DNA of 63,217 nucleotides from Escherichia coli (GTDB lineage Bacteria; Pseudomonadota; Gammaproteobacteria; Enterobacterales; Enterobacteriaceae): NCBI RefSeq assembly GCF_003334255.1, contig NZ_QOWU01000026.1; one strand, 5' to 3'. Shown piece by piece: positions 44,241 to 52,426 of this stretch (position 1 is its first letter; each line of letters starts with the position of its first letter). The notes under the pieces were generated by a model. It saw only the letters and a program-made list of their open reading frames with translations, ran no database searches and was not told where the DNA came from. The position numbers and the translations under genes were made by a program.

Positions 44241-44851
44241 TTAACCTCCTGCGGCGGTTCTGGTAGCGGCATCCAGTGGGTTACTTTCGATGCCGGTTCT
44301 TCCCCATCGTCAGTAACTGCCCACCATTTGTTTCTCGACCAATCGTAATACCCTTCGAAGGTATCGCACTCAGTCCAGCCGTAAGACTTACCCCAACACC
44401 AAACATACTGTTTATCGTCCGGAATTCGCTCACTACAGCTTATCCAACCATCCGGAGTTACCGGAGAGTTGCCAGCCTCATAAGCTGATTTCATCCAGTG
44501 CGTAAGCGTTTCGATGCTTACACATCCGCAATCAACGTCTATTTTTTCTTTTTGTTCTGACAACCATTCCTGGAATGACAGCTTGGCAGTCTGGCTTGCT
44601 GGCTCAATTCGTGGCAGGCCGATATATAGCGGTACATTTCCCGGCTCCATCGAATTGTCGGGACAAATAAACGTGTTACAACCATATTTAACGAGCTCAA
44701 TTCCCACGGTGTCGATAGTGGCGAATGGTTCAGCGGTCAATGCAGTCAACGCAATCTCATAAACACGGCGCTCAATATTGTCCCGCACCTCCAGACTGCT
44801 GATACGTTCTTTAATTTCTTTAATTAGCTCTTTGTCGGTAAAAGCCGTCAT
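44237..44851 (-). CDS. DUF551-domain protein
   Basis: 204 aa. The C-terminus GWISCSERIPDDKQYVWCW...VTHWMPLPEPP is the characteristic DUF551 ending. Confidence 0.65.
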   Translation of the reverse strand: MTAFTDKELIKEIKERISSLEVRDNIERRVYEIALTALTAEPFATIDTVGIELVKYGCNTFICPDNSMEPGNVPLYIGLPRIEPASQTAKLSFQEWLSEQKEKIDVDCGCVSIETLTHWMKSAYEAGNSPVTPDGWISCSERIPDDKQYVWCWGKSYGWTECDTFEGYYDWSRNKWWAVTDDGEEPASKVTHWMPLPEPPQEVN

Positions 44852-44871
44852 GAGTTAACCCTTAATACTTT

Positions 44872-44910
44872 AAAAAGGGCGGACATCAGCAATCGGCAAC
44901 TGATGCCGCC
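44872..44910 (-). terminator. intrinsic terminator inside the early-left operon
   Basis: Minus strand GGCGGCATCAG-ttgccgattg-CTGATGTCCGCCC followed by TTTTT. Confidence 0.65.
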
Positions 44911-45007
44911 AATGACTAAACACAGCAAGGTTGTTATTCACAACTGGAAGCGCACGATCAAAGTTAAGTTTGATGACGATATCAAGTTGGCGGAAAATAC
45001 GGATGGA

Positions 45008-45484
45008 CTATTGCTCAGTGTCGTTCAATGTCGAGTGAGGACATTCGCCCTGCTCTCGTAACAGAGACAGAAGCATGGACACCCCCTCACGATGTGATGA
45101 TTGATGAGTGTCGATCCCTGAATGATTGATGTTGTTAAACTCATACACCTTGCTCAAGGCAAAAGCCTGAACGATATTCCAGAATACCAATGGGTCTGTT
45201 TTCTGCGAATTATTCACTCTTTCAACAGAATTAATTGATTTGTCGTTTTCTGTTATATTGTGTTTGATGTTTTGTTGTCCTTTATTAAGGCGGCAATTTT
45301 GAATATGTTCCTCGTGCTTTTCATTGTCATAAGCATACATCCCGACAAAAACATCTCGCATGTTACGGGATATATTTTCCAGATTCGCCTTTGGTTCCTT
45401 TGTTAAATTTATCACCGATAAATGGTCTTTAAGCGTATCCGCAGCTATTTTCTGAATATCCTCTGGTAAATCTTTAAATTGCAT
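45008..45484 (-). CDS. hypothetical protein (158 aa), AT-rich
   Basis: ORF in operon orientation. No family recognised. Confidence 0.45.
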   Translation of the reverse strand: MQFKDLPEDIQKIAADTLKDHLSVINLTKEPKANLENISRNMRDVFVGMYAYDNEKHEEHIQNCRLNKGQQNIKHNITENDKSINSVERVNNSQKTDPLVFWNIVQAFALSKVYEFNNINHSGIDTHQSSHREGVSMLLSLLREQGECPHSTLNDTEQ

Positions 45485-45560
45485 AGCATACCCTCCAAGA
45501 ACTGTGTATTTTCTCGTGAAATATGAGCGATATGTCGTGACGTCCCTGTCACAGATTTCA

Positions 45561-46382
45561 TCACACTGAGAACGTGCCGATGAAGGTTAAGATATCTTCT
45601 TCTTCGAAACGCTCTTTCAGCAGGTCACGGAACTCTTTGGCAATTTCTTCTTCCGCAGCTTCAACACGCACGATACGTAGCACCAGAACAGGTTGTTCGC
45701 TTGTCAGAATGCTTAATCGCAGCGTGAATTCCCTGTTGCCCAGGCCCTCGTATGGGATGCATTCAAAGCGGAAAGTGGCAGGCATGATTTCTTTGCTTTT
45801 AGCCTCAACGGACTCCATGACTGAGCGGCTACCGCTGAAGTTTTGCTCTTCATATTCAGCACTGCGTTTTGCGTCGATGGTAAGACGACGGACAGCAGAG
45901 ATCGCCTGTTTGATATCCAGCACATTACCGTCGCTGTCATAGGCTGTGAGGAAGTCGGCCCAGTCTTCCAGCCATTCAGCGAGAGATTTCTGGAGTTGTT
46001 TTTTGCCGTCCACGTCACGTAATGCGCGATATGGTGATGTGGCTTTCAGTTCCAGCAGTGCCTTGTTGTCAGCGTGTCCAGGTTGCTCCAGAGTGCCGAT
46101 ATTGAACACAGTGACTGCTTTCATCGTTTCCGCGTTAATGAAGCAGCGGGAGCACTCATCGGCATACCCTTTGCTGTATTCAACAAAGTCATCAATACTG
46201 GTTGTGGTCATGACTCCACGGAAACGAAAACGTTCTGTCATGAATCGTTCCAGACTTTCGATATTTACATTGTCCGGCAATAACGCAACAGGGCATTCCG
46301 TAAGCGGCAAATTTTCACCAGAAAAAGCAGTAGTGGTGAGTTTTACAATTTCTTTAATGGCATTGCTATCTAACTGAGACAT
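45561..46382 (-). CDS. YfdQ-like (DUF2303) protein
   Basis: 273 aa. Size, position and sequence (MSQLDSNAIKEIVKLTTTAF...) recall YfdQ of K-12 CPS-53. This is from memory and is not verified. Confidence 0.55.
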   Translation of the reverse strand: MSQLDSNAIKEIVKLTTTAFSGENLPLTECPVALLPDNVNIESLERFMTERFRFRGVMTTTSIDDFVEYSKGYADECSRCFINAETMKAVTVFNIGTLEQPGHADNKALLELKATSPYRALRDVDGKKQLQKSLAEWLEDWADFLTAYDSDGNVLDIKQAISAVRRLTIDAKRSAEYEEQNFSGSRSVMESVEAKSKEIMPATFRFECIPYEGLGNREFTLRLSILTSEQPVLVLRIVRVEAAEEEIAKEFRDLLKERFEEEDILTFIGTFSV

Positions 46383-46445
46383 GTATATTTACCTTTAATT
46401 TATGTATTTAGGGATAATGCGCGAGCGTTTTAAGGCGGGGATTAT

Positions 46446-46793
46446 TCAGCGTAAAACAGCGTCATGTTGGCCCTGTTTATCAAAAAGCTGTCCCTGGTCT
46501 TTCTGGAACAAAGTAAGCTCACCACCTTTATTTACAAACATTGGTGTGTTAGTCGTATCTTCTTCTGATTTACTACCACGCATTGTCGGGCGTGTGAATT
46601 TTAGTTTATGGGAAACTGATACGCGATTTTCATCAAGTGAAGATAATTCGAATTCAACACATACCTTTCCTTTTTTGTTTGTGCTGTTTACGCCAAAGGC
46701 AACTTCACTTAATACCGCACCAAGTTTGTTAACAAATACCCCGCCGTCGAGGTCGTTAATGAAAACATTAACATCAGTTTGATGCTGGTTCAT
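46446..46793 (-). CDS. hypothetical protein (115 aa), possibly YfdP-like
   Basis: ORF immediately upstream of the YfdQ-like gene, in the same order as yfdP-yfdQ in K-12. Confidence 0.45.
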   Translation of the reverse strand: MNQHQTDVNVFINDLDGGVFVNKLGAVLSEVAFGVNSTNKKGKVCVEFELSSLDENRVSVSHKLKFTRPTMRGSKSEEDTTNTPMFVNKGGELTLFQKDQGQLFDKQGQHDAVLR

Positions 46794-46867
46794 ATTAATA
46801 TCTCCGTGTAGAGGTGTGTTAAGGCTTCAGTTGTTCACTGCATTTAAAGCCTGGTTTTGTTTGTGAA

Positions 46868-47455
46868 TTAAAAATTATCGCCACCGTACTGCCAGTAACC
46901 CGGGTCGTCCGTGTGATTCGGGTTTGCGTTTTTGCTGCGATTGTCTTTGTCTTTGAGAGTGGAAACCATATTTGCTACCGTTTCTGGTTTCTTTCCTTCA
47001 GCTTTTTCTTTCAGTGTCTGCCCTGTTTCTGCAATGAATGGAATGCGGATTTCCATCTGGTAACTGTCTGCGCCAGTCTTTCTGTTTGTGGTTAATACTT
47101 TCTGGAGCACTAACCCGATTTTCTTTCCGTGAAACTCAGGTGCAACATATTTACTGACGGAAACCATATGTTGCGTTAACTGCCCAATTCCTGTGCATCC
47201 CATCATGGCGTGAATAATGCTCGCCCCAAATTTATTTTCAGTGCCGTCATTCTTCTGAACACAAACACTGAGATATTGGATTTTCCGTCCGTCGTCGGAT
47301 TCTCCAGAAAACTCAATGAATCGGGCACCTTTTTCTGATTGCTTGAGTTCTGCTTCGGTGATGTTAATGATATGCGCACCCGTTTCGGTAATAAAACCAC
47401 CTTGTCCGGCGGTTAGTGCTGATTCTTCATTGTAAGTAAAAATTACATCATCCAT
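46868..47455 (-). CDS. hypothetical protein (195 aa) downstream of exo
   Basis: ORF whose start overlaps the exo stop. It has an acidic/aromatic C-terminal tail (...DDPGYWQYGGDNF). Confidence 0.5.
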   Translation of the reverse strand: MDDVIFTYNEESALTAGQGGFITETGAHIINITEAELKQSEKGARFIEFSGESDDGRKIQYLSVCVQKNDGTENKFGASIIHAMMGCTGIGQLTQHMVSVSKYVAPEFHGKKIGLVLQKVLTTNRKTGADSYQMEIRIPFIAETGQTLKEKAEGKKPETVANMVSTLKDKDNRSKNANPNHTDDPGYWQYGGDNF

Positions 47456-48147
47456 TAGTTATTAACCCCCCCCCATTGTTCTCCAAATACAAAACCAATT
47501 TCCGCCAGTGCTTCGTCCATTTTGTCGATGAACTCCGGCACCATCTCATCAAAACTCGCCATGTACTTTTCATCCCGCTCGACCACGACATAATGCAGGC
47601 CTTCACGCTTCATACGTGGGTCGTAGTTGGCGAAGTACCAGGCGTCCTTGTCTGTAACCCACATGCTGAATTGCACCTGGGCCATGTAAGCAGGCTTGAT
47701 AGCGTCAAAGCCGCCAAGCCGGAACTTCATGAAGTCGCGGGAAGTGAAGGGGCATTTAAGCTCAAGACCGTTACCGTCGCTGCATAAACCGTCGGGAGAG
47801 CAGGCGGTGCGCATGCTTTCGTCACGAAAAATTATTGGCGTTTCCGCGACGGTAACATCCGCGATAAATTCGAAGAGGGCACGGGCATCATCTTCGTATT
47901 GCTTTCCCCATGCGAGCGACTTAGCGTTAACTTCCGGTGCCACGCCAGTACAAACTTCAGCCAGCAGGGTGTGGAAGTATGACATTTTTGTATCAGGCCA
48001 TTTGCTGCCTGAACGTGGTTTGGCTATGACGTTGTGAACTTCTGAAGCAGTGATAACACCGAGTCTCAGCTTGTGCCATCCATCATCGCCCTGGTCGAGG
48101 CTGGTAATATCCACGCCAGTTCGCTGGAGAATAATTTCTGGTGTCAT
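47455..48147 (-). CDS. exo: lambda-type 5'-3' exonuclease (Exo/YqaJ)
   Basis: 230 aa, near-colinear with lambda Exo ([11 protein letters not shown]...[28 protein letters not shown]...[20 protein letters not shown]...). Confidence 0.92.
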   Translation of the reverse strand: MTPEIILQRTGVDITSLDQGDDGWHKLRLGVITASEVHNVIAKPRSGSKWPDTKMSYFHTLLAEVCTGVAPEVNAKSLAWGKQYEDDARALFEFIADVTVAETPIIFRDESMRTACSPDGLCSDGNGLELKCPFTSRDFMKFRLGGFDAIKPAYMAQVQFSMWVTDKDAWYFANYDPRMKREGLHYVVVERDEKYMASFDEMVPEFIDKMDEALAEIGFVFGEQWGGVNN

Positions 48148-49094
48148 GACACGGCCTCGCTGTTATTTTCCGTGGTGGCGTGAACTTTCGCTTCCGCCGT
48201 GGCCTTGTTTCTGGCAGCTTTCTTTTTGACAAAATCAAGCGTTTTGACAGCTTCTTCCTGAGAGAGAGCTTCATGTGATGCAATCGTGCGACGGAATGTT
48301 TTGGAACATACGGGAAGCAGGTCATCCCATTTCTTGTTGATTTCGGTGATTGCCTGAGTGATCTCATTGATAATCTCATCTGATGCGGGAGTGACGTCGC
48401 GCTCAGGGATGTGATCAGCATTCAGGATAATACCTTCACCGGCCTGAGTGTTCAGGTAGTCGATAGCTGTATCCAGGCGATCGCGACGGGGCCAGTATTT
48501 GCTGGCGCGTTTAACAATGGCTTTGCGGGCCATTTCATCCGGGAAGCTATCCCACGGGCTACTTCCTCCGTTATTTCCGGCTTTGCTGCACGCCCTGATG
48601 ACCTCGATTTCCCTGTTGCTCATCTCTTCGGTCAGATAGTCGCCTTCGGATGTTTTTACGACACAATAACCGCCAATGCGTGCGCCCCTGTCGACGAATG
48701 GGTTGTATTTGTGCGTGGGGGCGCAGTCAATACCGTTGGACTCGTAAATGTCCTTCTCGTAAACAAGTTTGCATTGCCCCCACTGAATGGCTCCTGTGAC
48801 CTGTGCCAGATGCAGAAGCCCCATATAACTGATATCCAGGCATACAGCCTTTTTTCGTGGGACCAGATACGCCAGCTTGCTGGCCGGGTTCAGGGTTATG
48901 CCGATGGCGGCAACATTGATGATAGCGTTCTGTGCGCTGGGCAGATTTGCCCGTGCTGTGTCAGCCAGAAAGGCATTTTTCTGGAATTGCTGAATTGCAA
49001 ACTGACTTTCCTTCGCCCATGTCAGCGTCGGTTCAGTTAATGCCTCGCAGAAAAAGCGCTCCTGCTGCTTAACAAATTCAACGATATCGAACAT
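48144..49094 (-). CDS. recT: RecT-family single-strand annealing protein (316 aa)
   Basis: ORF track 48144..49163. ATG 49094 gives [15 protein letters not shown].... RecT-type blocks are present ([39 protein letters not shown]). Confidence 0.8.
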   Translation of the reverse strand: MFDIVEFVKQQERFFCEALTEPTLTWAKESQFAIQQFQKNAFLADTARANLPSAQNAIINVAAIGITLNPASKLAYLVPRKKAVCLDISYMGLLHLAQVTGAIQWGQCKLVYEKDIYESNGIDCAPTHKYNPFVDRGARIGGYCVVKTSEGDYLTEEMSNREIEVIRACSKAGNNGGSSPWDSFPDEMARKAIVKRASKYWPRRDRLDTAIDYLNTQAGEGIILNADHIPERDVTPASDEIINEITQAITEINKKWDDLLPVCSKTFRRTIASHEALSQEEAVKTLDFVKKKAARNKATAEAKVHATTENNSEAVS

Positions 49095-49110
49095 TTTTTG
49101 GTCCTGAAAA

Positions 49111-49392
49111 TCAGAAAGGACAGGGGGAGAATTTTCTCTCCCATTCTTCTTCCGCCCGAGCATAGGCGATCGCTGAGATATAATCGTTGTACGCCTCTTC
49201 AGCTTTTTCGCCAGTGAGTGCCAGTTGGGCTTCTTTGGGTAAAAAAAGGCTGCTCATAAGCAATGGTTTATCGGGGAACATGCTGATAAGCTCCTGCGCC
49301 CGATCATCAATCCATTTATCCTTTTCATCCTGAATTTGCTGATTAATCCAGCGACGCTCCTCTATGCGGTCGCAGGTGAGGTATGCGTTCAT
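49111..49392 (-). CDS. hypothetical early protein (93 aa)
   Basis: ORF in operon orientation. Confidence 0.4.
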   Translation of the reverse strand: MNAYLTCDRIEERRWINQQIQDEKDKWIDDRAQELISMFPDKPLLMSSLFLPKEAQLALTGEKAEEAYNDYISAIAYARAEEEWERKFSPCPF

Positions 49393-49412
49393 GGCGGAAC
49401 TCCTGATTCCGG

Positions 49413-49694
49413 TTAATGCATTAAATTAATTTGTCGGGAAAGCTGACATACAGGGCAGTTACATTCTTCCTCCTGCTCCTTAGCGAAGAAATATGCAGCG
49501 GCCTGTAATGCGATGTCTTCTGGATGTTCTGCGATAAACATAACATTGCCTTCCGTATCAATAACAGAAATAGCCTCATCAGACAGGACGACAAAATAGG
49601 CGATGATTTTATCATCCATAAAAACTTCTCCCATTATCGTTCCTGCTGGAGTTACGACGCTTTTTACATTGATATTTATTTTTTGATTGAGCAT
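49413..49694 (-). CDS. hypothetical early protein (93 aa), CxxC near C-terminus
   Basis: ORF in operon orientation. Confidence 0.4.
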   Translation of the reverse strand: MLNQKININVKSVVTPAGTIMGEVFMDDKIIAYFVVLSDEAISVIDTEGNVMFIAEHPEDIALQAAAYFFAKEQEEECNCPVCQLSRQINLMH

Positions 49695-49705
49695 GATATT
49701 TCCTT

Positions 49706-49918
49706 TCAGGCTGGTGAGATTAACGGTTGGCCTTTATTGTTCAGGTAAACTTCTATTGCATCTGAGATAATGCGAATTTTTTCAATCAGTGAATGTGCGT
49801 AAAGTGCATTATTAACGTTCGCTGACGCCATGTAATAACGCCCGTTGTAAAGAATTGCTGTGCCGGGTTTAACGTCCTCGCGAGAAACTAATGCGGTTCC
49901 GTAGTGAGGTTTGAGCAT
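49706..49918 (-). CDS. hypothetical early protein (70 aa)
   Basis: ORF in operon orientation. Confidence 0.4.
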   Translation of the reverse strand: MLKPHYGTALVSREDVKPGTAILYNGRYYMASANVNNALYAHSLIEKIRIISDAIEVYLNNKGQPLISPA

Positions 49919-49957
49919 GACAAATCCTCCGGTTAATTAATCCAGATATTTTATTTA

Positions 49958-49980
49958 ATCCCCGATATGTGATCGGGGAT
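49958..49980 (-). terminator. hairpin/terminator after the ant gene
   Basis: ATCCCCGAT-5 nt-ATCGGGGAT, a perfect 9-bp stem followed on the minus strand by a T/A-rich tract. Confidence 0.5.
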
Positions 49981-49988
49981 GGGGTTAA

Positions 49989-50624
49989 TTAAAGATTAAC
50001 GTTGAAACCAAAGCGGGAAGATTTTTCCGATGTGCGGGAAATATCCAGCAATTTACGGCGCATTTCTTCCGTCAGATGTTTGAAGGCGTTAAATTCGGCG
50101 ACAGCGGCGTCAACGTTATAGCCTTTGCTGTGTAGCTCATTGAGGATGCGCATAGTTGGGCTTGGCATATCGAAGAGCACGGAAGCATCAAGGCTGATAA
50201 CTTTGCGATCAACATAGTTCATCGTGGCGTAGGGATGGTTATCTGAGAACCACGAGAGAGGGTAGTTGATGTTCATTGGTGCAGGTAAAAGGCTCTGGCG
50301 AAGTTTCTTTTCGCACTCGATGAAGTAGCGGCGTATCTGGCGGCCTTTTTCGTTACGTTCAACCATCGCCAGCTCTTTGGCTGTATCGAGGGTGAGGTGG
50401 TAATCCTTGCGGTTGTAACCGCCTCTACCTTTTGCTTCCCGAATTTGGGAAGCAATCATATAGTCCTGATTTTCAACGAAACCATATTCAGCAATGCGTT
50501 CTGTAATCCAAGACGCAAAGCGTTTACCTACCCCAAGAAAAGTATGTAAATCACGGGCATTAACGAGAAGAGTAGTTTCGTTGGCGATAGTGCCGTTGAA
50601 TACGGGGATGAGTTGACTAGTCAT
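49989..50624 (-). CDS. AntA/AntB-type antirepressor (211 aa)
   Basis: ORF track 49989..50867. ATG 50624 gives MTSQLIPVFNGTIANETTLLVNARDLHTFLGVGKRFASWITERIAEYGFVENQDY (ANT domain). The longer version would run through a promoter and a terminator. Confidence 0.75.
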   Translation of the reverse strand: MTSQLIPVFNGTIANETTLLVNARDLHTFLGVGKRFASWITERIAEYGFVENQDYMIASQIREAKGRGGYNRKDYHLTLDTAKELAMVERNEKGRQIRRYFIECEKKLRQSLLPAPMNINYPLSWFSDNHPYATMNYVDRKVISLDASVLFDMPSPTMRILNELHSKGYNVDAAVAEFNAFKHLTEEMRRKLLDISRTSEKSSRFGFNVNL

Positions 50625-50771
50625 TTTTATGTCCTTGCTGATTTGTTCAGATAACCCTGTGTTCAGCAGGGTGGTCAGGTACTTGAACACCGCAGCAAGT
50701 CGGCCCGTATCCTTAGCCTTACGGCTGTTTTTCGGTATACGCGCTACCCGACCATATCTGAAAAATGGACA

Positions 50772-50832
50772 CAAAAAAACCGCATGACTGACGGGGCGGT
50801 TTCCGCTTGCTGTGGTGTGTTCAGCACCATGA
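50772..50832 (-). ncRNA. candidate ~60-nt terminated leader/sRNA upstream of ant
   Basis: A long imperfect hairpin CCGCTT..GGTG-ctgaaca-CACC..AAGCGG, then the terminator AACCGC-12 nt-GCGGTT plus T7 (50801-50773). Confidence 0.45.
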
Positions 50833-50837
50833 AGCGG

Positions 50838-50867
50838 AATATATCCCCGTCGATGTGGATTTGTCAA
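50838..50867 (-). promoter_or_regulatory. strong sigma70-like promoter driving the ant leader
   Basis: Minus strand TTGACA (50867-50862)-17 nt-ATATAT/TATATT. Confidence 0.5.
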
Positions 50868-50889
50868 GGTTGCTTTGGCAGAAACATGT

Positions 50890-51441
50890 TTACAGCTTTA
50901 TTCCGCATGCAGTGATAAATTTATTAACAGCACCAGTGGAGCCTAATACATTAAAGTTGAAAGAATATGTCATGGCATCTTCTCGTGTGATGTCTTGGCG
51001 TCGAATCCCGACCCTCACTCTATGTTTAGCATCTCTGAGTTGCCTGAGTATAATTTTAATTTTCTTCATTTCAGTATCAGTACGTTCAGTGATAGCTTGT
51101 GTTAGCATTGAGTTTCTTCTTGAAAGTGTTGCGTTGAGCCTTATTATACTATTTTTGTCAATTTTTATTGCCACATCTATTGGAAATGAATAAATTGGGG
51201 CCGATGTTTCTTCTTCTATGTCCTTTTCGACTAATGAGAATGTTAGGGATCTTGGCGTACAATTAAGAGCAATCATGTGATTATCAATCTCTTCAGGATT
51301 TGATGTTTTTTTTCCTACCATCAGCGCCGTGTGACCATCAGAGAACAAATCGTCGTCTGTTACTGTATACCACTCCGCCTGTACTATTGGTGAAAAAAAA
51401 ATTGTAGTGATAAGAGTTGTCCTGAGTATTTTTCGCATCAT
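50890..51441 (-). CDS. secreted hypothetical protein (183 aa), AT-rich moron
   Basis: Signal peptide MMRKILRTTLITTIFFSPIVQA|EW. No family recognised. Confidence 0.6.
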   Translation of the reverse strand: MMRKILRTTLITTIFFSPIVQAEWYTVTDDDLFSDGHTALMVGKKTSNPEEIDNHMIALNCTPRSLTFSLVEKDIEEETSAPIYSFPIDVAIKIDKNSIIRLNATLSRRNSMLTQAITERTDTEMKKIKIILRQLRDAKHRVRVGIRRQDITREDAMTYSFNFNVLGSTGAVNKFITACGIKL

Positions 51442-51502
51442 TAAGTTTCCCGTTCAGTTCGACTGACCACTTCAAAGTGCTTACATAGGCTATTTGATAG
51501 CA

Positions 51503-51782
51503 CTACCTACGCGGCAGTATAAAGAAGTCAGTTGAAAACTTGAACGTTGTGTTGAAAACATAACTTTGTGCGGCATAGGTAATCGTAGAATGATTGTGAT
51601 TGGTCTTATGGTATCCAATCATTACTTTTGCTATAGGTTTTGGACGGAATCGGTATTTCATGTAACGCTTTGGCGGTGCTGCCTGCACCCCAAAACATTC
51701 CCTGTATTGGTCAGCGCCAACTTCCTGCCAGTGTTGCCCGTTCTCACGCCGTTCTCGCTCTCGCGCGGGGATACTCTCTCAT
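51503..51782 (-). pseudogene. N-like antiterminator candidate, interrupted by a 1-nt frame offset
   Basis: ATG 51782 gives only MREYPRARARTA*. The adjacent frame (51778..51503) is open for 91 codons and begins ..PARERERRENGQHWQEV.., an arginine-rich motif like lambda N (RRRERRAEKQAQWK). Removing one C from the CCCC run (51770-51767) joins the two frames. Confidence 0.4.
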
Positions 51783-51860
51783 CGACCGGATCGCACCCGA
51801 TGATACAGCACGTTTACGTGTAGGGGTCTAAACAGGTCATTGACGCTGTAAAGCTCCAGA

Positions 51861-51873
51861 TTGTTAAAGAGCA
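51861..51873 (-). promoter_or_regulatory. boxA (nutL-like), perfect rrn-type
   Basis: The minus strand reads TGCTCTTTAACAA, identical to the E. coli rrn boxA consensus, about 75 nt downstream of the PL start. Confidence 0.6.
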
Positions 51874-51915
51874 TTTTGCGGCGGGTTAAGTCGCGCCGTA
51901 CGACTGATTTATGTA

Positions 51916-51930
51916 GCCCTGTGTAAGGGC
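51916..51930 (-). promoter_or_regulatory. boxB-like hairpin in PL leader
   Basis: GCCCT-TACAC-AGGGC (minus strand). The stem is the same as in lambda boxB, but the pentaloop differs. Confidence 0.35.
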
Positions 51931-51952
51931 GCGATGTTTCTGGCTTGAAATA

Positions 51953-51997
51953 AATATAACTTGCGGTGATTTTTGTGTAAATACCGTTGGTGGTTAT
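51953..51997 (-). promoter_or_regulatory. PL promoter with OL-like operators
   Basis: Minus strand TTTACA (51981-51976)-17 nt-TATATT (51958-51953). It overlaps the 17-mers TATAACTTGCGGTGATT (51955-51971) and ATACCGTTGGTGGTTAT (51981-51997), whose half-sites (TATAAC/ATCACC/ATAACC) match those at OR. Confidence 0.5.
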
Positions 51998-52080
51998 CGT
52001 GGGCAAAAAAATATTACTTAACTGATTTTTAAAGTGATTTATTTTTGAAGGGGACAGATAGCAGGAGGGGATATGCAAAG

Positions 52081-52103
52081 AAAAACCCGGCGCATGGGCC
52101 GGG
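52081..52103 (-). terminator. intrinsic terminator after the endonuclease fragment
   Basis: Minus strand CCCGGC-ccatgc-GCCGGG followed by TTTTT. Confidence 0.75.
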
Positions 52104-52123
52104 CTATTTATCTGGTCCTGTAC

Positions 52124-52426
52124 TCATTCAGTAGAGTAGGGGCCAAGAAATCGCACTCCGTTGAAGTGAATAAGATGAGAAGGTGCATCAGCCACCCATA
52201 CCTCTGTTTCCCATGCGATTTCACCAAGATATCGTCCCATGATGGAGCGATTTGGAAAAGCGGTCACATAGACAAGTCCGGCTGTTGATCCGGCAAACAG
52301 CCTGGCAAGCTCAGCATGCCGCTTCCCATCAACCGGTCCATGACTGGTGACAGACTCAACCAGTAGCAGCCAGTTTTTCGCAGTAAAATGTAGCACCACA
52401 TCTGGCATTTTACCGTGTGAATCCAC
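52124..52426 (-). pseudogene. C-terminal fragment of a PstI/BsuBI-type restriction endonuclease
   Basis: The 100-codon frame (opening after a TAG, GTG start only) reads ..MPDVVLHFTAKNWLLLVESVTSHGPVDGKRHAEL...IAWETEVWVADAPSHLIHFNG... This matches my memory of the BsuBI/PstI C-terminal domain, whose N-terminal two-thirds are missing. It occupies the position of rexAB, downstream of cI. Confidence 0.5.

Noticed and set aside
44910-45060. 49-aa plus-strand ORF (MTKHSKVVIHNWKRTIKVKF...) between the DUF551 gene and the 158-aa gene.
   Set aside because: It overlaps the 3' end of the 158-aa minus-strand gene and the minus-strand terminator, has no RBS, and stands alone on its strand.
50625-50867. 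N-terminal 81-codon extension of the ant ORF (the 292-aa version in the ORF track).
   Set aside because: The extension would be translated across a consensus promoter and a strong intrinsic terminator. The ANT domain begins exactly at the internal ATG 50624.
51779-52078. 99-aa minus-strand ORF between the endonuclease fragment and the N-like region.
   Set aside because: It spans the PL -35/-10 elements, the OL-like operators, the hairpin and boxA, so most of it lies upstream of or within the leader. It is AT-rich with no RBS. I interpret the region as regulatory.
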